In this document: piece by piece, positions 40,726 to 52,059 of the stretch
How the letters are laid out: every line of letters starts with the position of its first letter
Numbering within the stretch: the first letter of the stretch is position 1
NCBI GenBank assembly: GCA_964016885.1
Contig: OZ024750.1
Coordinates: 9,734,001 to 9,798,000, forward strand
Direction of reading: 5' to 3'
Origin: Eledone cirrhosa
Taxonomy: Eukaryota
DNA length: 64,000 nucleotides
Made by a program: the position numbers and the translations under genes
Notes under the pieces: generated by a model
What the model saw: the letters and a program-made list of their open reading frames with translations, nothing else
Told to the model about the DNA's origin: nothing
Databases searched by the model: none

Positions 40726-41042
40726 TAAACAGTTTCTCTTGCTTGTCTTTATGTAAAACAGTCACAGCAGACCTGTCTTTCCTTGTCTGTTTGTTCCCCT
40801 GTATTTTTCACAGTAGACATTCTTCTTGTGTTAATTTGTCATCATTCTAATATTTGCTACTGAGTTTGTAAGCTATGACAGATACATATCCATTTGTTGG
40901 GATGACATGTGTTTTTACTTGTAGCTATTGTAACACATTCATGTTTGTAAACATATTCAATGGATGTGGGGGAGTGGAGTGGGGTTGGGGAGTGAAGGTA
41001 AACTGGGTATCAGTGAAGAATTGGAGTATATCAAATTGGAAG

Positions 41043-41210
41043 AAAATTTTAAATAAATAATAATAATAATAATTTCTACTATAGGCCAGTAATTTCTACT
41101 ATAGGCCAGAAAATTTTAAATAAATAATAATAATAATAATTTCTACTATAGGCCAGAAAATTTTAAATAAATAATAATAATAATAATTTCTACTATAGGC
41201 CAGTAATTTG
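41043..41210. repeat. short tandem repeat of a SINE-tail-like unit (3 copies)
   Basis: AAATTTTAAATAAATAATAATAATAATAATTTCTACTATAGGCCAG. Confidence 0.85.
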
Positions 41211-41569
41211 GGAAGAGTGGTGTGCTCATGCACAGAGATACTATAAAATAGCTTATAAAATAGGGTGAAGACTCTTAGAGAATGAAAAAGTTGACAATGG
41301 CAATATATATATGTGTGTCTCGCTCTCTCTTTATCTATCTATCTATGGAAGAAATCTGCTATATTCAGGTCTGAAGAGGAGATGGGCTCCACCAGGTTTT
41401 AAAAAGAATTGTCCAAGAAATGCTGTATGTCACTACGGTGCCTCTACAACTCCAACAGGGTTACAGGATCATACATATATAGTTGCAGTTGAAAAACTAT
41501 TAGCTCGACTCATTGCAAACTTTGTAAGTGTGATATCAATGTAGTTTACTCTGATTTTAGTCAACATTT

Positions 41570-42364
41570 GAAATTCAATACATATTGGTGCCAAATTTTG
41601 TAAAAAATAGTGTTATTGCTTTAATATATTGAATCTAAATGCAATGAAGTTTCCAGTCTTGAAGGAAGAACTGTCAGGTTTAGTAGCTGCCATGGTGCAA
41701 AAATGAATTGCAACCATTTAATTGATTTATGTAAAAAATAATATTAATGGTAATAAAATTACTTCCAAATTAAGAATGCACCGTTGAAAGTGTTCAGACA
41801 TGATTAAAAACGTGATCAGTGTTCATTTTGGGAGATGATTTGATTAATGACTTAGGAGAAAGAAATTTTAGTTTATTAGTAAATGAGTGAAATAATATCA
41901 CTGTTGTGAAAATATTTGGGATAGATTAAATATATTTTAGAACATATAATAGAGTTATCTGTTCATATCTTGCTCTATTAGAATTAGATAAATACAATGT
42001 TGACAGTATCATGAAAGCTTTAAAAATCTGAATTAATGAGAAAATTATAAATATAAAGAAGCGTACAGCTATTGGTAGAGATAATGTTAGTGTCATATCA
42101 AAAAACTTTAAGCCGAAATTCTTCCAATTATTTTAATTAGATGTGTATGTCATTCACTTCAGTTAGCAATGTTTCATGCTTCTGCTGATTCTACCGAAAT
42201 GTTTGGAATTTTATTCTCACCATTTAGCCAGTTAGTGTATAAAAACATATACCAGATAATTGATAATGGGAAAAGCCCGTTAAAAATTCCTATGAACTGC
42301 AAATCTAGATGGTTATCTATTGAACTGGCTGTAAGGCAAATTATGATTAAATGGCTCCAACTTT
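41570..42364 (+). pseudogene. decayed hAT-superfamily transposase fragment
   Basis: KLRMHR*KCSDMIKNVI; FSLLVNE; IGRDNVSV; IRCVCHSLQLA (CxxH, 42142-42153); PLKIP..SRWLSIE. Confidence 0.8.
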
Positions 42365-42369
42365 GTCAC

Positions 42370-42632
42370 TTAGGCTGCAAACCCAGGCACCACTGACTGA
42401 AATGCAGAGAAGAGGAAGATAATTAAATACTGAGGCTTAACCAACCACTTCTGTTTTGTACTGGTAGCCGTTGAAACCTTAGGTGTCCTCACTACACTGC
42501 TGTACTGATTTCTTTCATAACATTTGGGAAAACTGCAGCCCACCTGAGATAGGAGCCCTGTAAGGTGGGGGTGGCTGATGTAGCAGGTATCACTGGCCAT
42601 TCTCCATGGCAATGCCTTCGCCATTTTGTCCA
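42370..42632 (+). pseudogene. CRE-clade non-LTR retrotransposon C-terminal (restriction-like endonuclease) fragment
   Basis: AEKRKIIKY*GL...FVLVAVETLGV ... QVSLAILHGNAFAIL. Confidence 0.65.
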
Positions 42633-43003
42633 CAGGACACAGTTAGAAGATACTGCTCAGTCTGGGGTCTAGAGTCTATCGTTCCCTTCTCCCTCTCCCT
42701 TTCTTCCATTGCTTAATCCCTTTTTTGTTACTCTTTTACTTCTTTTCCACTCTTGTTTTCTTGTTGCCATGGATATTGTACAGTTTTTATCACATTTTCT
42801 GTATTCTTACATTATGTAAATCACATTTTTATGTAAATCACGTTTTTATCACATTTTCTGTATCCTTACGTTATGTAAATCATCATCATCATCAGTTAAT
42901 GTTCCACGCTAGCATGGGTTAGACAGGTTGTCCCATTTGAGGCAAGTCGCGTCAGGTGACCGTGTCTTGCTCCACCGATTCTACTGCCTATCCACTGCCC
43001 TAC

Positions 43004-43468
43004 TGTCTTGTATGTAATATTGGTTTCTGATTTAGGCACAAGGCCAACAATTTTGGGAGAGGGGAAAGTCGACTAAATTAACCCCAGTGCATTACTGGTA
43101 CTTTATTTTATCAACCCTGTACGGATGTCTTGTATGTAATATTGAAGAATATTTAGGTCCTATTTACAGTGCGACTGTGACCTACATTATTTCATTACTG
43201 GGATATTTTGACGACATTGGTTAAAGTTTGGAATGATAAAAATTAAAAATTGTTTCTATTTTTGGTACAAGGCCAGCAATTACCCAGTACATTACTGGTA
43301 CTTTATTGACCTCGTAAGGATGAAAGGCAAAGTTAACTTCGGCAGGATTTGAACTCAGTCCGTAAAGGGACGTAACTCTATGCTGGAAAGCATGGCGTTC
43401 GACCCTCTACCAATCCATCGCCCTATGATAAAAATTAATAATTGTTTCTACTTTAGGCACAAGGCCAG
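43004..43468 (-). mobile_element. SINE family A copies with TSDs
   Basis: TGTCTTGTATGTAATATTG duplicated at 43004 and 43126; ATGATAAAAATTAA duplicated at 43233 and 43425. Confidence 0.88.
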
Positions 43469-44269
43469 AATGTATGCATAACATATGTGGAGTTATATGA
43501 TGGTTGTTTAGTTGTCAAAGTTCTTTTGTCACATATATGCTGTTAGTCTGTAGAAGAAAAAACAGTCGTACTTATAAAACTTTATTCAATTTATTATCCA
43601 ATCAGTCAGAATCTGCAGATTTTTCTCTTTTTTTTCCTTCTTTCTTTCTTTTTTTCTCTTATTTCTTTCTTTCTTTTCTTTTTTCTTCCGGCTATTCTCA
43701 TTTCAGGAAGGAAATTTCACAGCAACTGCATTTAGATTTATTTAGATTTATTTTGTCTTTCCTTTATTGATACGAAAATATAGTCAGGGAATATAATCTC
43801 CCTTGTGACATTCTTCACCAAAGACATGTCTTTTATCGTATCGTTTGCTTGAGAAAATTGTTCGTTCAGCCATAGCAGATGATGTAGGATTTACCAGCAG
43901 AAGTTGGCAAACTGTACAAGTCTCTAATATTAGGTGCTTGGCATCAACTTGTTTTTGTTTTGTTTAGATTTAGATTGTCTATAATGTCTGCCAAACAATA
44001 AATAGCTATCTTTCTCATGAAAAAAATACCAAAAAAACTTTAAATTCCAGAAGTTGACTTATTAAAGAATTAATGTGAATGTCACTGGAGTAATTTTCTT
44101 CAACCAGAGATTAATTTCTGGTTTCTTCTTCTCTTTGTTGATTGTTTTTAGAAGCAATGTCTCCAGCTTTGAAAATACCATGTAAATTGCTTGAATACAG
44201 CGTTCGTTGACAGACGAGATTGGTAAATACAGCTTTAAAAAACACATCTACAATAGTCTTAAACCATCA

Positions 44270-44478
44270 CAAACCATGGGCTCCACTGCCTGCAATGCGA
44301 AGAAGAGGAAGATTGTCAAATACCGGTCTCCATTAAGACCTCTGGTGTCCTTGGTTCCCACACTGCTGATTTCCTTTGTAAAGTCGGAAAGACAGTGGCC
44401 TGCTTCAGGCTGGGTTGACTATTGTAGCAGGTGTCTCTGGCCATACCAGGCAGAAATGCCTTTACCATTTTGTCTGAA
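44270..44478 (+). pseudogene. second CRE-like C-terminal fragment
   Basis: CNAKKRKIVKY ... VSLAIPGRNAFTILS; similar to 42370-42632. Confidence 0.55.
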
Positions 44479-44796
44479 ATGTGGCTGAGGCACTGCACAG
44501 ACTGGTTTGGTGTGGTGTTTGTCCACCACTCACCTCTCCCTTTCTTTCTTTGCTTGATTCTTTTTTCTTTTTCTTCTTTTCATTTCCTTTTGTTGTTCTC
44601 TTTAATAGTGTGTTTTGTTTTTATATAAACAACTTTGTCAAATAGAATAGCCATTGTTTTCTTAAACTAACTGTAGAAATGTCTCTTCCCCAATGTATAG
44701 GAATTTTTAAGTCATAAATTTTATATTAGCTATAATCATGTTCTTAAAAGCTTTACACATCATAGAAGCTTGAAAACTTCAACGTAAGGCATGTAC

Positions 44797-44939
44797 TCTC
44801 TATATAATAAAACATATATACAAATAAAATTACATATAAAACCAAGTACATAAAAATGTACCATAAATCATTTAGGCTTAACAAAAATAAAATGTTTCTA
44901 CATATTTGGTACCTGTGCAACACCAAGTACTTCTGCTAG
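44797..44939 (+). mobile_element. short non-autonomous Helitron-like element
   Basis: 5' TCTCTATATAATAAAA; 3' GTACCTGTGCAACACCAAGTAC (degenerate hairpin) then CTAG|T. Confidence 0.5.
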
Positions 44940-45651
44940 TAATTTAATTCATTACCTTAACAGAATAATAGACTACCGGATTTGCTTTTCTTTATCATAA
45001 AGCCAATTAATCTTCTGTTTCTATCCGGTTGCCTTGGCTATTTTAGCTCCAAGCTGACAAATTAAACTAAAAGTTGAAGATTCATTAACTTAAGTTGTTT
45101 CCAGTGCCACTGGCTGAAAGATATAATTTCCAAACAAGTTGTTATACTTATCAATGTTATTGTCTTCAGCTTTCCTGGACACTGATGAAGCAAAGGTGAG
45201 GCTACTGACAACATTTTATCTGTCAAACATATCAACAATCCCATACCAGATATTTACCAAACTTCAAGAGGAAGGGGTCTATTAGGTCAGGTTTTCTTGC
45301 CATTCACTATTGCCAAACTGGTGATACGAGAAGAGTGGGGATACCAGCTTTAGTTAGAGTTTACTTGACAATTATATTGACCACAACATGGACTGAAAAT
45401 ATTTCTGTTTGGATGTCATTTATAATCTGTGGCAAATGATATTTGGTTGGTTCACAGATAGCGAGTCTGGGTTTGAGGGTATATGTGATTCTCAAGTTAA
45501 ATAAGCACAGTAGGTTGCATAGGGATAACATTGGGTTCGTTGAGGCCCCTGTTTATGAATAAAGAAAAAGAGCTGCGAGCAAACAACCACAATTATACTA
45601 GTTGGCTCCAAATAGTAACATGTCCAACAAAATTTCTAGTAACATAGTCAA

Positions 45652-45845
45652 AGCATTGCATCTGATGAGGAGATGTGGGTAGAATAAGCAAAGTTTCACT
45701 CATCAAGTACATTAGTTGGAGCACTGCATCTGATGAGGAGATGTGGGTAGAATAAGCAAAGTTTCACTCATCAAGTACATTAGTTGGAGCATTGCTTCTG
45801 ATGAGGAGATGTGGGTAGAATGAACAAAGTTTCACTCCTCAAGTG
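45652..45845 (+). repeat. 68-bp tandem repeat (3 copies), each carrying CTGATGAG
   Basis: CTGATGAG at 45662, 45730 and 45798. Confidence 0.9.
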
Positions 45846-47447
45846 TTCTCTTCAGGTCTTGAAAGATGCTAGAATATTGAACATGAGTGGAAGGAAATGA
45901 GTAATGAGAGGAAGTGATGCATGATGAGGTGATTGCTAAAAAATGAATGTGGTTTATGTATGTATGTTTATGTCAACAGGTCTATTTTAGTCTAAATTTT
46001 TTTGTGTTGTATTGGGAGAGAATGTCAAATGTTTTCTATAGTAGTGGTATAGAAATAAAGATTTAGAGACACAATCTTTAGTTTCGGCTTCATGATATAT
46101 ATATATATATATATAAAAGATAAATCCTTCTTTTTGGATTAGGAGCTGTTCTATAGTAAGTGTATTATCCTCATCATCTGCTACCTATTCTTGTCAGTTC
46201 ATACAGAATCACATCAAAACAATTGCAACAGAATTGAACTAGCAACTCATAACAGATAATGCATTGAGCTTCCACTAATAGCCACCATCTAGCAGCTTCT
46301 TCTAATAACTGTCGTTTAGCTTTTACCAATAATTATCATTTATTTTCTAATAAAAATTAATACATAGCCGATAGTCTTTCATCGATTGTTGAGATCATTT
46401 ATCATTTATCATTTTTGTTATATATATGTTGGTGTTTTGTGATATGTTTACAAGAAGCTGTTTGAGAAGCCCCGTAGTGTAACATAAACACTATTGATTA
46501 GCTAGAATACAACTTTACACGATGTCATTAATTGTGATCGATATTTGATAAACATGTGAGAGAGATGAGTAGCAGAATTTGTATCATATGAAGCAAAATA
46601 TCATACTCCTTTAAACCTTAAGTTATGAGTTCTAATTTCGCCGAAGTCAGTTTTATTTTTCACCCCTTCTCCTTCAAAATAACTTAGTTTATTCTGCTTT
46701 GTGGACTTTTTAAACTAAATATACGCTGATGTAGACCACTGCCAACTTTCTCAGATTCCACTGTTTTGCTCTGTCTCTTGTTATTCGGGTCTCTCTAAAA
46801 TAAATACTAATCAAGTATTGATTTAATCATTTCGGCACCAAATGTGCATCCTTGTGTCAAATATTTCATTAATTTATATTAGATATGGCATTTCATGTAT
46901 TGGTAGTTTGAAAGGTAATAATAAGTATTTTGTTGAAATTCTACTTTAAACCATTCTTTTAAAAAAACTAACGTGACTTTAGTGCTAATATTTTTCGTTG
47001 TGGATGTTTATGACTAAGTTTTTTCAACATAAAGCATCGACTTCTAACAACAGCTGAATTTATTGACTCTCAACGAACTCTCCTGGATTTACTATTATCA
47101 TTATTATTGAAACATAGCATCACCAGTTCGCTCAGATTTCAGATTTTACTATTTAAAAGCTTAACTTTACATGTATTTCTAATTCTTCTTTTTGCTCTTG
47201 CTCAATCAGACTAGGGTCATCTTAGGTCAGTGATCCACATGCATCATTGTGCATAGAGCCAACCAGGTCTATCAGTGCCAGCTCCTCTGCATCCTCCAAG
47301 GTGATGTCAAGCCTCTGGAGACCCAGCGGGTAGACCCCAAGCGAGATGGTTGGATAACATTTATGAGCTTGGCTGGTCTGACTTTGGGTTTCAGTTGGAT
47401 CAATTGGAGGAGGAGGAAGAAGAATCCATTTGTGATTATATATATAC

Positions 47448-47493
<46 letters not shown>

Positions 47494-47575
47494 AAATAAC
47501 AGATTAAAGTTTAAGCAAAGAATCGCTGCTTTCACTCTTAACGGGTTGGATTTTAGTCTTCAAATTTATTATTAT

Positions 47576-47616
<41 letters not shown>

Positions 47617-47989
47617 ATTATATATATACTATGCATATATGTGATAATATATAAATACTGTGTATTAGGGTAGCCCTTAGCAATAGGTAATTTTCCGAAA
47701 GTTAACATTTTTCTGCTCCCACCCCCTAATCCTGTTCCAATCAACAAAAGAACTTGGTGTGCATAATTTCAGCTCAAACGGACAATTGTGAGGCGACCCT
47801 CAAACACCTTGAAGTTGGAACATAGTATGCGCAACGATTAATTCTGTTCAAAACTGTTCCCTATCTTAACCATTTTCTTTTTTCTTCTTAGAGAAATCTA
47901 TGTGCACACATCCAAGCAACCCCTGCAAATGTATATATATCAAGAGAGTACCAGGGGATAAGTCCCCCCCCCCCCACACTTTTCTAGCC

Positions 47990-48320
47990 TTCCTCCATGC
48001 CCCCACCCCCTTTTCTCTCCTTGTTTTCCTTTTCTCATTTTCTCATTGCTCTCCTTACTCTCCTTTTCTCCTTCCTCCCCTTGCTCTCCTTTTATCCTTG
48101 CCTCATTGCTCTCCCTTTATCATTGCTCTCCTTGCCTCATTGCACCCTTTGCTCTCCCTTTCTCACTGCTCTCCTTGCTCTCCTTTTATCCTTGCCTCAT
48201 TGCTCTCCTTTTCTTACGGCTCTCCTTTTTTCATTGCTCACCTTTTCTCACTGCTTTCCTTTTCTCCTTCCTCTCCTTTTCTCCTTACTCTCCTTTTATC
48301 CCTGCTCTCCCTGTCTTCTT
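47990..48320. repeat. pyrimidine-rich repeat (CTCATTGCTCTCCTT-like units)
   Basis: Direct reading of the sequence. Confidence 0.8.
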
Positions 48321-48401
48321 GTATCTATATACTTGTTTATATACAAATACAATGAGAAAAGTGGAGCAACGAGAAATATGAAAGCAAGTATAGTAAGGAG
48401 A

Positions 48402-48441
<40 letters not shown>

Positions 48442-48497
48442 CTCAATACTGAGTACTCATTTCTCTCAGCTGTCAACCACATAAGGATATATGTATA

Positions 48498-48870
48498 TCA
48501 GGGTGGCCCTTAGTAATAGGTAATATTCCAAAAGTTAAAATTTTGCTTCTCCCACAGTGAAAAATAGGTGTTAGCCCTATACCTGCGCTCTGACCCAGCT
48601 TTGCAAGTTGCCTTCCCCATTATATTTATTGTCACTTATCCTTCTAATACCAAGAATAAGTCTCAACAAGTTTTTAATTTAAGAGAAAATTATATCTGAA
48701 AAAATGACTTTCCAGGCGAAAACTTCAAACTTTTACGGTCGATGAGGGTCACCTTGTAGTTAACCACTTGAGCTAAAATTTTGCAGGGATTTGGGTTTTG
48801 TAAATTGTAACAAAATAAGGGGGTGGGAGCTAAACTTTTAGAAAGTTGAAAAATAAGAGCTACCCTACTG
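48498..48870. mobile_element. Tc1/mariner-like MITE (degenerate TIRs, TA-rich flanks)
   Basis: CAGGGTGGCCCTTAG...AAGAGCTACCCT; related left end at 47666-47730. Confidence 0.45.
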
Positions 48871-49084
48871 TGTATATATATATATATATATATATATTAG
48901 GTATAGGATTATCCAAGATGCAGTGATGGTTAATTACTACACTAGATATGGTTGACGTACGGTAAGAGGTTACTCTACGAGTTATGGAAGAATTGTTCAA
49001 GAAACTTAGTTCCTGATCCTTCAGTATTCCGGAGTGTATATAAAGAATGAATAATAACAGGTAGACATCATAAAAAGGTAGTTT

Positions 49085-49208
49085 ATTCCGTGTGCTTACA
49101 AGTGTTTCCACGGTGGTACTGCAGCCTAGTTCCGCTACGTGCAAATTCACAAGTATTTGCAGAACTCGAATATCCAATGCTGTGACCACTGTTTCCTCAG
49201 AGCAGAAT
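49085..49208 (-). ncRNA. type-I hammerhead ribozyme motif (HHR-3) in the Penelope-like 3' region
   Basis: Minus strand: UGCU-CUGAGGA (49200-49194), long stem II, GAAA (49108-49105), ACA-CU-UGU, GUA site, AGCA; the first stem II pair is an A.G mismatch. Confidence 0.7.
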
Positions 49209-49697
49209 GGTAAATATACAATGTAAAAACCCTTAAGTGGGGTTGTTGGGGAAGATAGAGTGGAACAGGAAGAGAGAAAAGTAGGGAAGATGGAGAGAGA
49301 AGGAAAGATATGCAGGGGTTGGAGAAGTAGGAGAGAGTGGCTTGTAGATATCTTAATCAAAATAATATGGTAGGGGTTTTATTAGTTACTTTTGGAGAGA
49401 TGCGTAGATAGTTGAGGTCGGAATTATTTATTGCCCCAGAGGTCAAGTTCATAGATGTTGAGAGGGAGGTACGTCAAAGGTGAGAGAGAGAGAGTGTAAT
49501 GGATGTAGAGATAGATATATAGGTAGAGAGGGGACAGATAAAGTATATGTGGTGAGTGAACTTTTGGTTTTGTAGTTGTAATCTAGGAATTGTACTGAGT
49601 TACCATGTATAGTGATAAGCAGTGTATTGTCTTGTAGTGTGGGGGAGAAGAGAAGGTTGTTAGCTAGAAAGTGGTGTTGTAGTTACGGGTTCAAATG

Positions 49698-50024
49698 TTA
49701 AGTTATTTTATAGTGAGAGAATTTAGCTTTTAGTTTGTGGTTGCAGTATAATGATCGTTCAATTCTATCGTTAAGTAGTTTGTTTTTGGATTTTAGTATG
49801 TAAAATAGCTCAAGGTTACATAACCTGCAGTACTTCAAACCACTCCGATATGCATTTGCGCTGGAAAGTATGTCCCATTTTAAGGTGAACTGTTGGTTGT
49901 GTTCACGGAGTTGCCAGGTCTTGTTGGCGAGCGTGGTCACAAAACGGTGATTCTGATGTTTGATTGAGAATCGATGACGGTACCAGCGAGATTTAAACGA
50001 TGTGGTGGTAGATCCGATATAATA
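49698..50024 (-). pseudogene. GIY-YIG endonuclease C-terminal part of a Penelope-like element
   Basis: Uninterrupted frame YYIGSTTTSFKSRWYRH...LKWDIL...CRLCNLELFYI...LLNDRIE..CNH. Confidence 0.85.
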
Positions 50025-51419
50025 CCATGGATAACATGTTATTATTCATTCTTTATATATATATATATATATATATGAAAAATATGGGGCGAAGAATACT
50101 GCATGGTTGCACATGGATAACATGTTATAAAATGAGTCCCTCATCAGTGATTTGCCAACGGTCATTGGTATTTCATTGCATTAAAAATCATATACCTCAC
50201 GTTGGTGCAATAATAACTAAAATAAGTTATTAGGACAATTAAAACGCGTAAAACGAGTGAGACAAGTAAACAAACAGGGGAAAGCTAACCGAAGAATATA
50301 TATATACACGCGCACACACACACACATATACCCCCCTCCTATTCTTCCTTCCTTCTGTCAATCAAAATGTCAGTTTGCCTTAATTATGGAAGCAAAAATA
50401 TTAAGTGAACCAATCTGATCTGACACGATATCCTTTTTTGAATTCCTTAGACAAAGGCCAGACAGCAAATGAAATGTAAGACTAAACCAGATCCCTATTT
50501 ATTTATTTATTTATTTATTGCTTTATTTATCTATTTCCGGTAAAGATATATATATATGTATAGATAGATAGAGAGTGAGATTTAGCCGATAGCCAGATCT
50601 GTCTTACAGGCGACATCAGTTGTTCGACATAGCTCCACTTGTAAGCAATGCTTGGACACTAGATGACTGCATGCTAGATGGTTTTGTCACCCAATGCACA
50701 TCTCAGACAGGCCTGGCTAATGACACTTCCATACCTTATTTTGAACCGGCAATACCTCCCAGTAGTACTGCCAAGCCAAAACCGGTCCAAGGTTGAAAGA
50801 TCTCTAGAACTTAACTGGCCTGTCCATCCAACACCCCATCATTGCTGTTGGGTGGCATAGATCTCTCTCTCCAGGTGCCAAATGTAAGCCCATTGACTTT
50901 TTCTCCTGTTACCATCTCATTCACCCTTAGAAGGGGGCCGACCACCTCAATGTGTTTCAATGCACCTAGGTCTAGGTGCAATTTGGGTTTAGTTTTTGTT
51001 GTTGTTATTGTTGTCATTGTAGTCGTCATTGTTGTGCTGGTGGTAAAGTTGGTATTGAAGTCTACTATTATTTTTATTACTGAATTAAGCTTCCATAATT
51101 TTTCTATTGTTTTCTTTTTTCTTAATATATTCTATTATTGATTGAAGTAACAACAATTATAAGAATAACATTAAGTATTATTAAACATATACTCTCTAGT
51201 TATATTCCTATAACATTATTTTAGTGTGTAGTATACGTGCAATAGAGTGTAATAGTCAATCAAAATATATTTTAGTCCCTGCACGTTAAATCTTTATTAG
51301 TAATACATTTTTAATTGCGTGTTTAGTCTTCCATAAAGTTTTAACGTTTTCCCAACTGTAGTTGAAATTTGTTTACCTTTTCGGAACGGAGATGTTAGGA
51401 CATGTGGTTGGTAAATAAT

Positions 51420-51523
51420 TGTTTCTACTTTAGGCACAAGGCCAGCAATTACCCAGTGCATTACTGGTACTTTATTTTATCGACCCCCGTAAGGATGAAA
51501 GGCAAAGTCAACCTCGGCGGGAT
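51420..51523 (-). mobile_element. SINE family A, 5'-truncated, with TSD
   Basis: TTGGTAAATAAT on both sides. Confidence 0.85.
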
Positions 51524-51548
51524 TTGGTAAATAATGATGTTATTTATG

Positions 51549-51635
51549 TTGTTTAATAGATTCTGAAGAAATCAATACATAGGAAATGTGTTTTCGTACT
51601 GTATTGATTGAAACGTTCGTAAATCAATTAAATAA
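51549..51635 (+). ncRNA. type-I hammerhead ribozyme motif (HHR-2)
   Basis: GAUU-CUGAAGA (51563-69); perfect 10-bp stem II AAUCAAUACA/UGUAUUGAUU; GAAA 51610-13; stem III ACG-UU-CGU; GUA site (A51621); AAUC plus a 9-bp stem I extension. Confidence 0.85.
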
Positions 51636-51690
51636 TTTAATGTAATTTAATCCTGGTTATTTTTATTCATTATATACATATATATATATA

Positions 51691-51768
51691 TAGGGTGTCC
51701 CCCAAAAATGTATACACATATTCATCAGAATGCTCTTGAAGTGTCTACATTATTTTGGGAAACCCTGT
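51691..51768. mobile_element. Tc1/mariner-type mini-MITE of about 77 bp
   Basis: AGGGTGTCCCCCAAAAATGTATACAC ... GTGTCTACATTATTTTGGGAAACCCTG|TA; relative at 27580-27678. Confidence 0.6.
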
Positions 51769-51785
51769 ATATATATACATATATT

Positions 51786-51822
<37 letters not shown>

Positions 51823-52002
51823 TATATGTGTGTGTGTGTGTGTGGTGTGTATGTGTATATATATATATATATATATAAATGAAATATTTCCGTCGGAAAG
51901 GTATAGGAGTGCTCTATGTAGGCTACAGACAAAACATTTTAACATCTGCCTTCAAGAAACCACTGGTAAATGAAATAATTATCTTATGTTGTTTATTACA
52001 TA

Positions 52003-52059
<57 letters not shown>

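Larger units (their letters stand above)
48897..50053 (-). mobile_element. 5'-truncated Penelope-like retroelement inserted in (TA)n
   Basis: GIY-YIG C-terminal ORF remnant, 3' UTR and hammerhead motif; (TA)n on both sides. Confidence 0.8.

Noticed and set aside
41371-41400. CUGAAGA followed by GGAG/CUCC hairpin
   Set aside because: No GAAA; it is part of a dispersed repeat also seen at about 63740 without the motif
45110-45180. Minus-strand CUGAAGA...GAAA
   Set aside because: The stem I register is incompatible with a UH site, and stem II is weak
48860-49360. 166-aa minus-strand ORF
   Set aside because: It lies in the Penelope-like 3' non-coding region over the ribozyme, has no recognisable domain and runs into (TA)n
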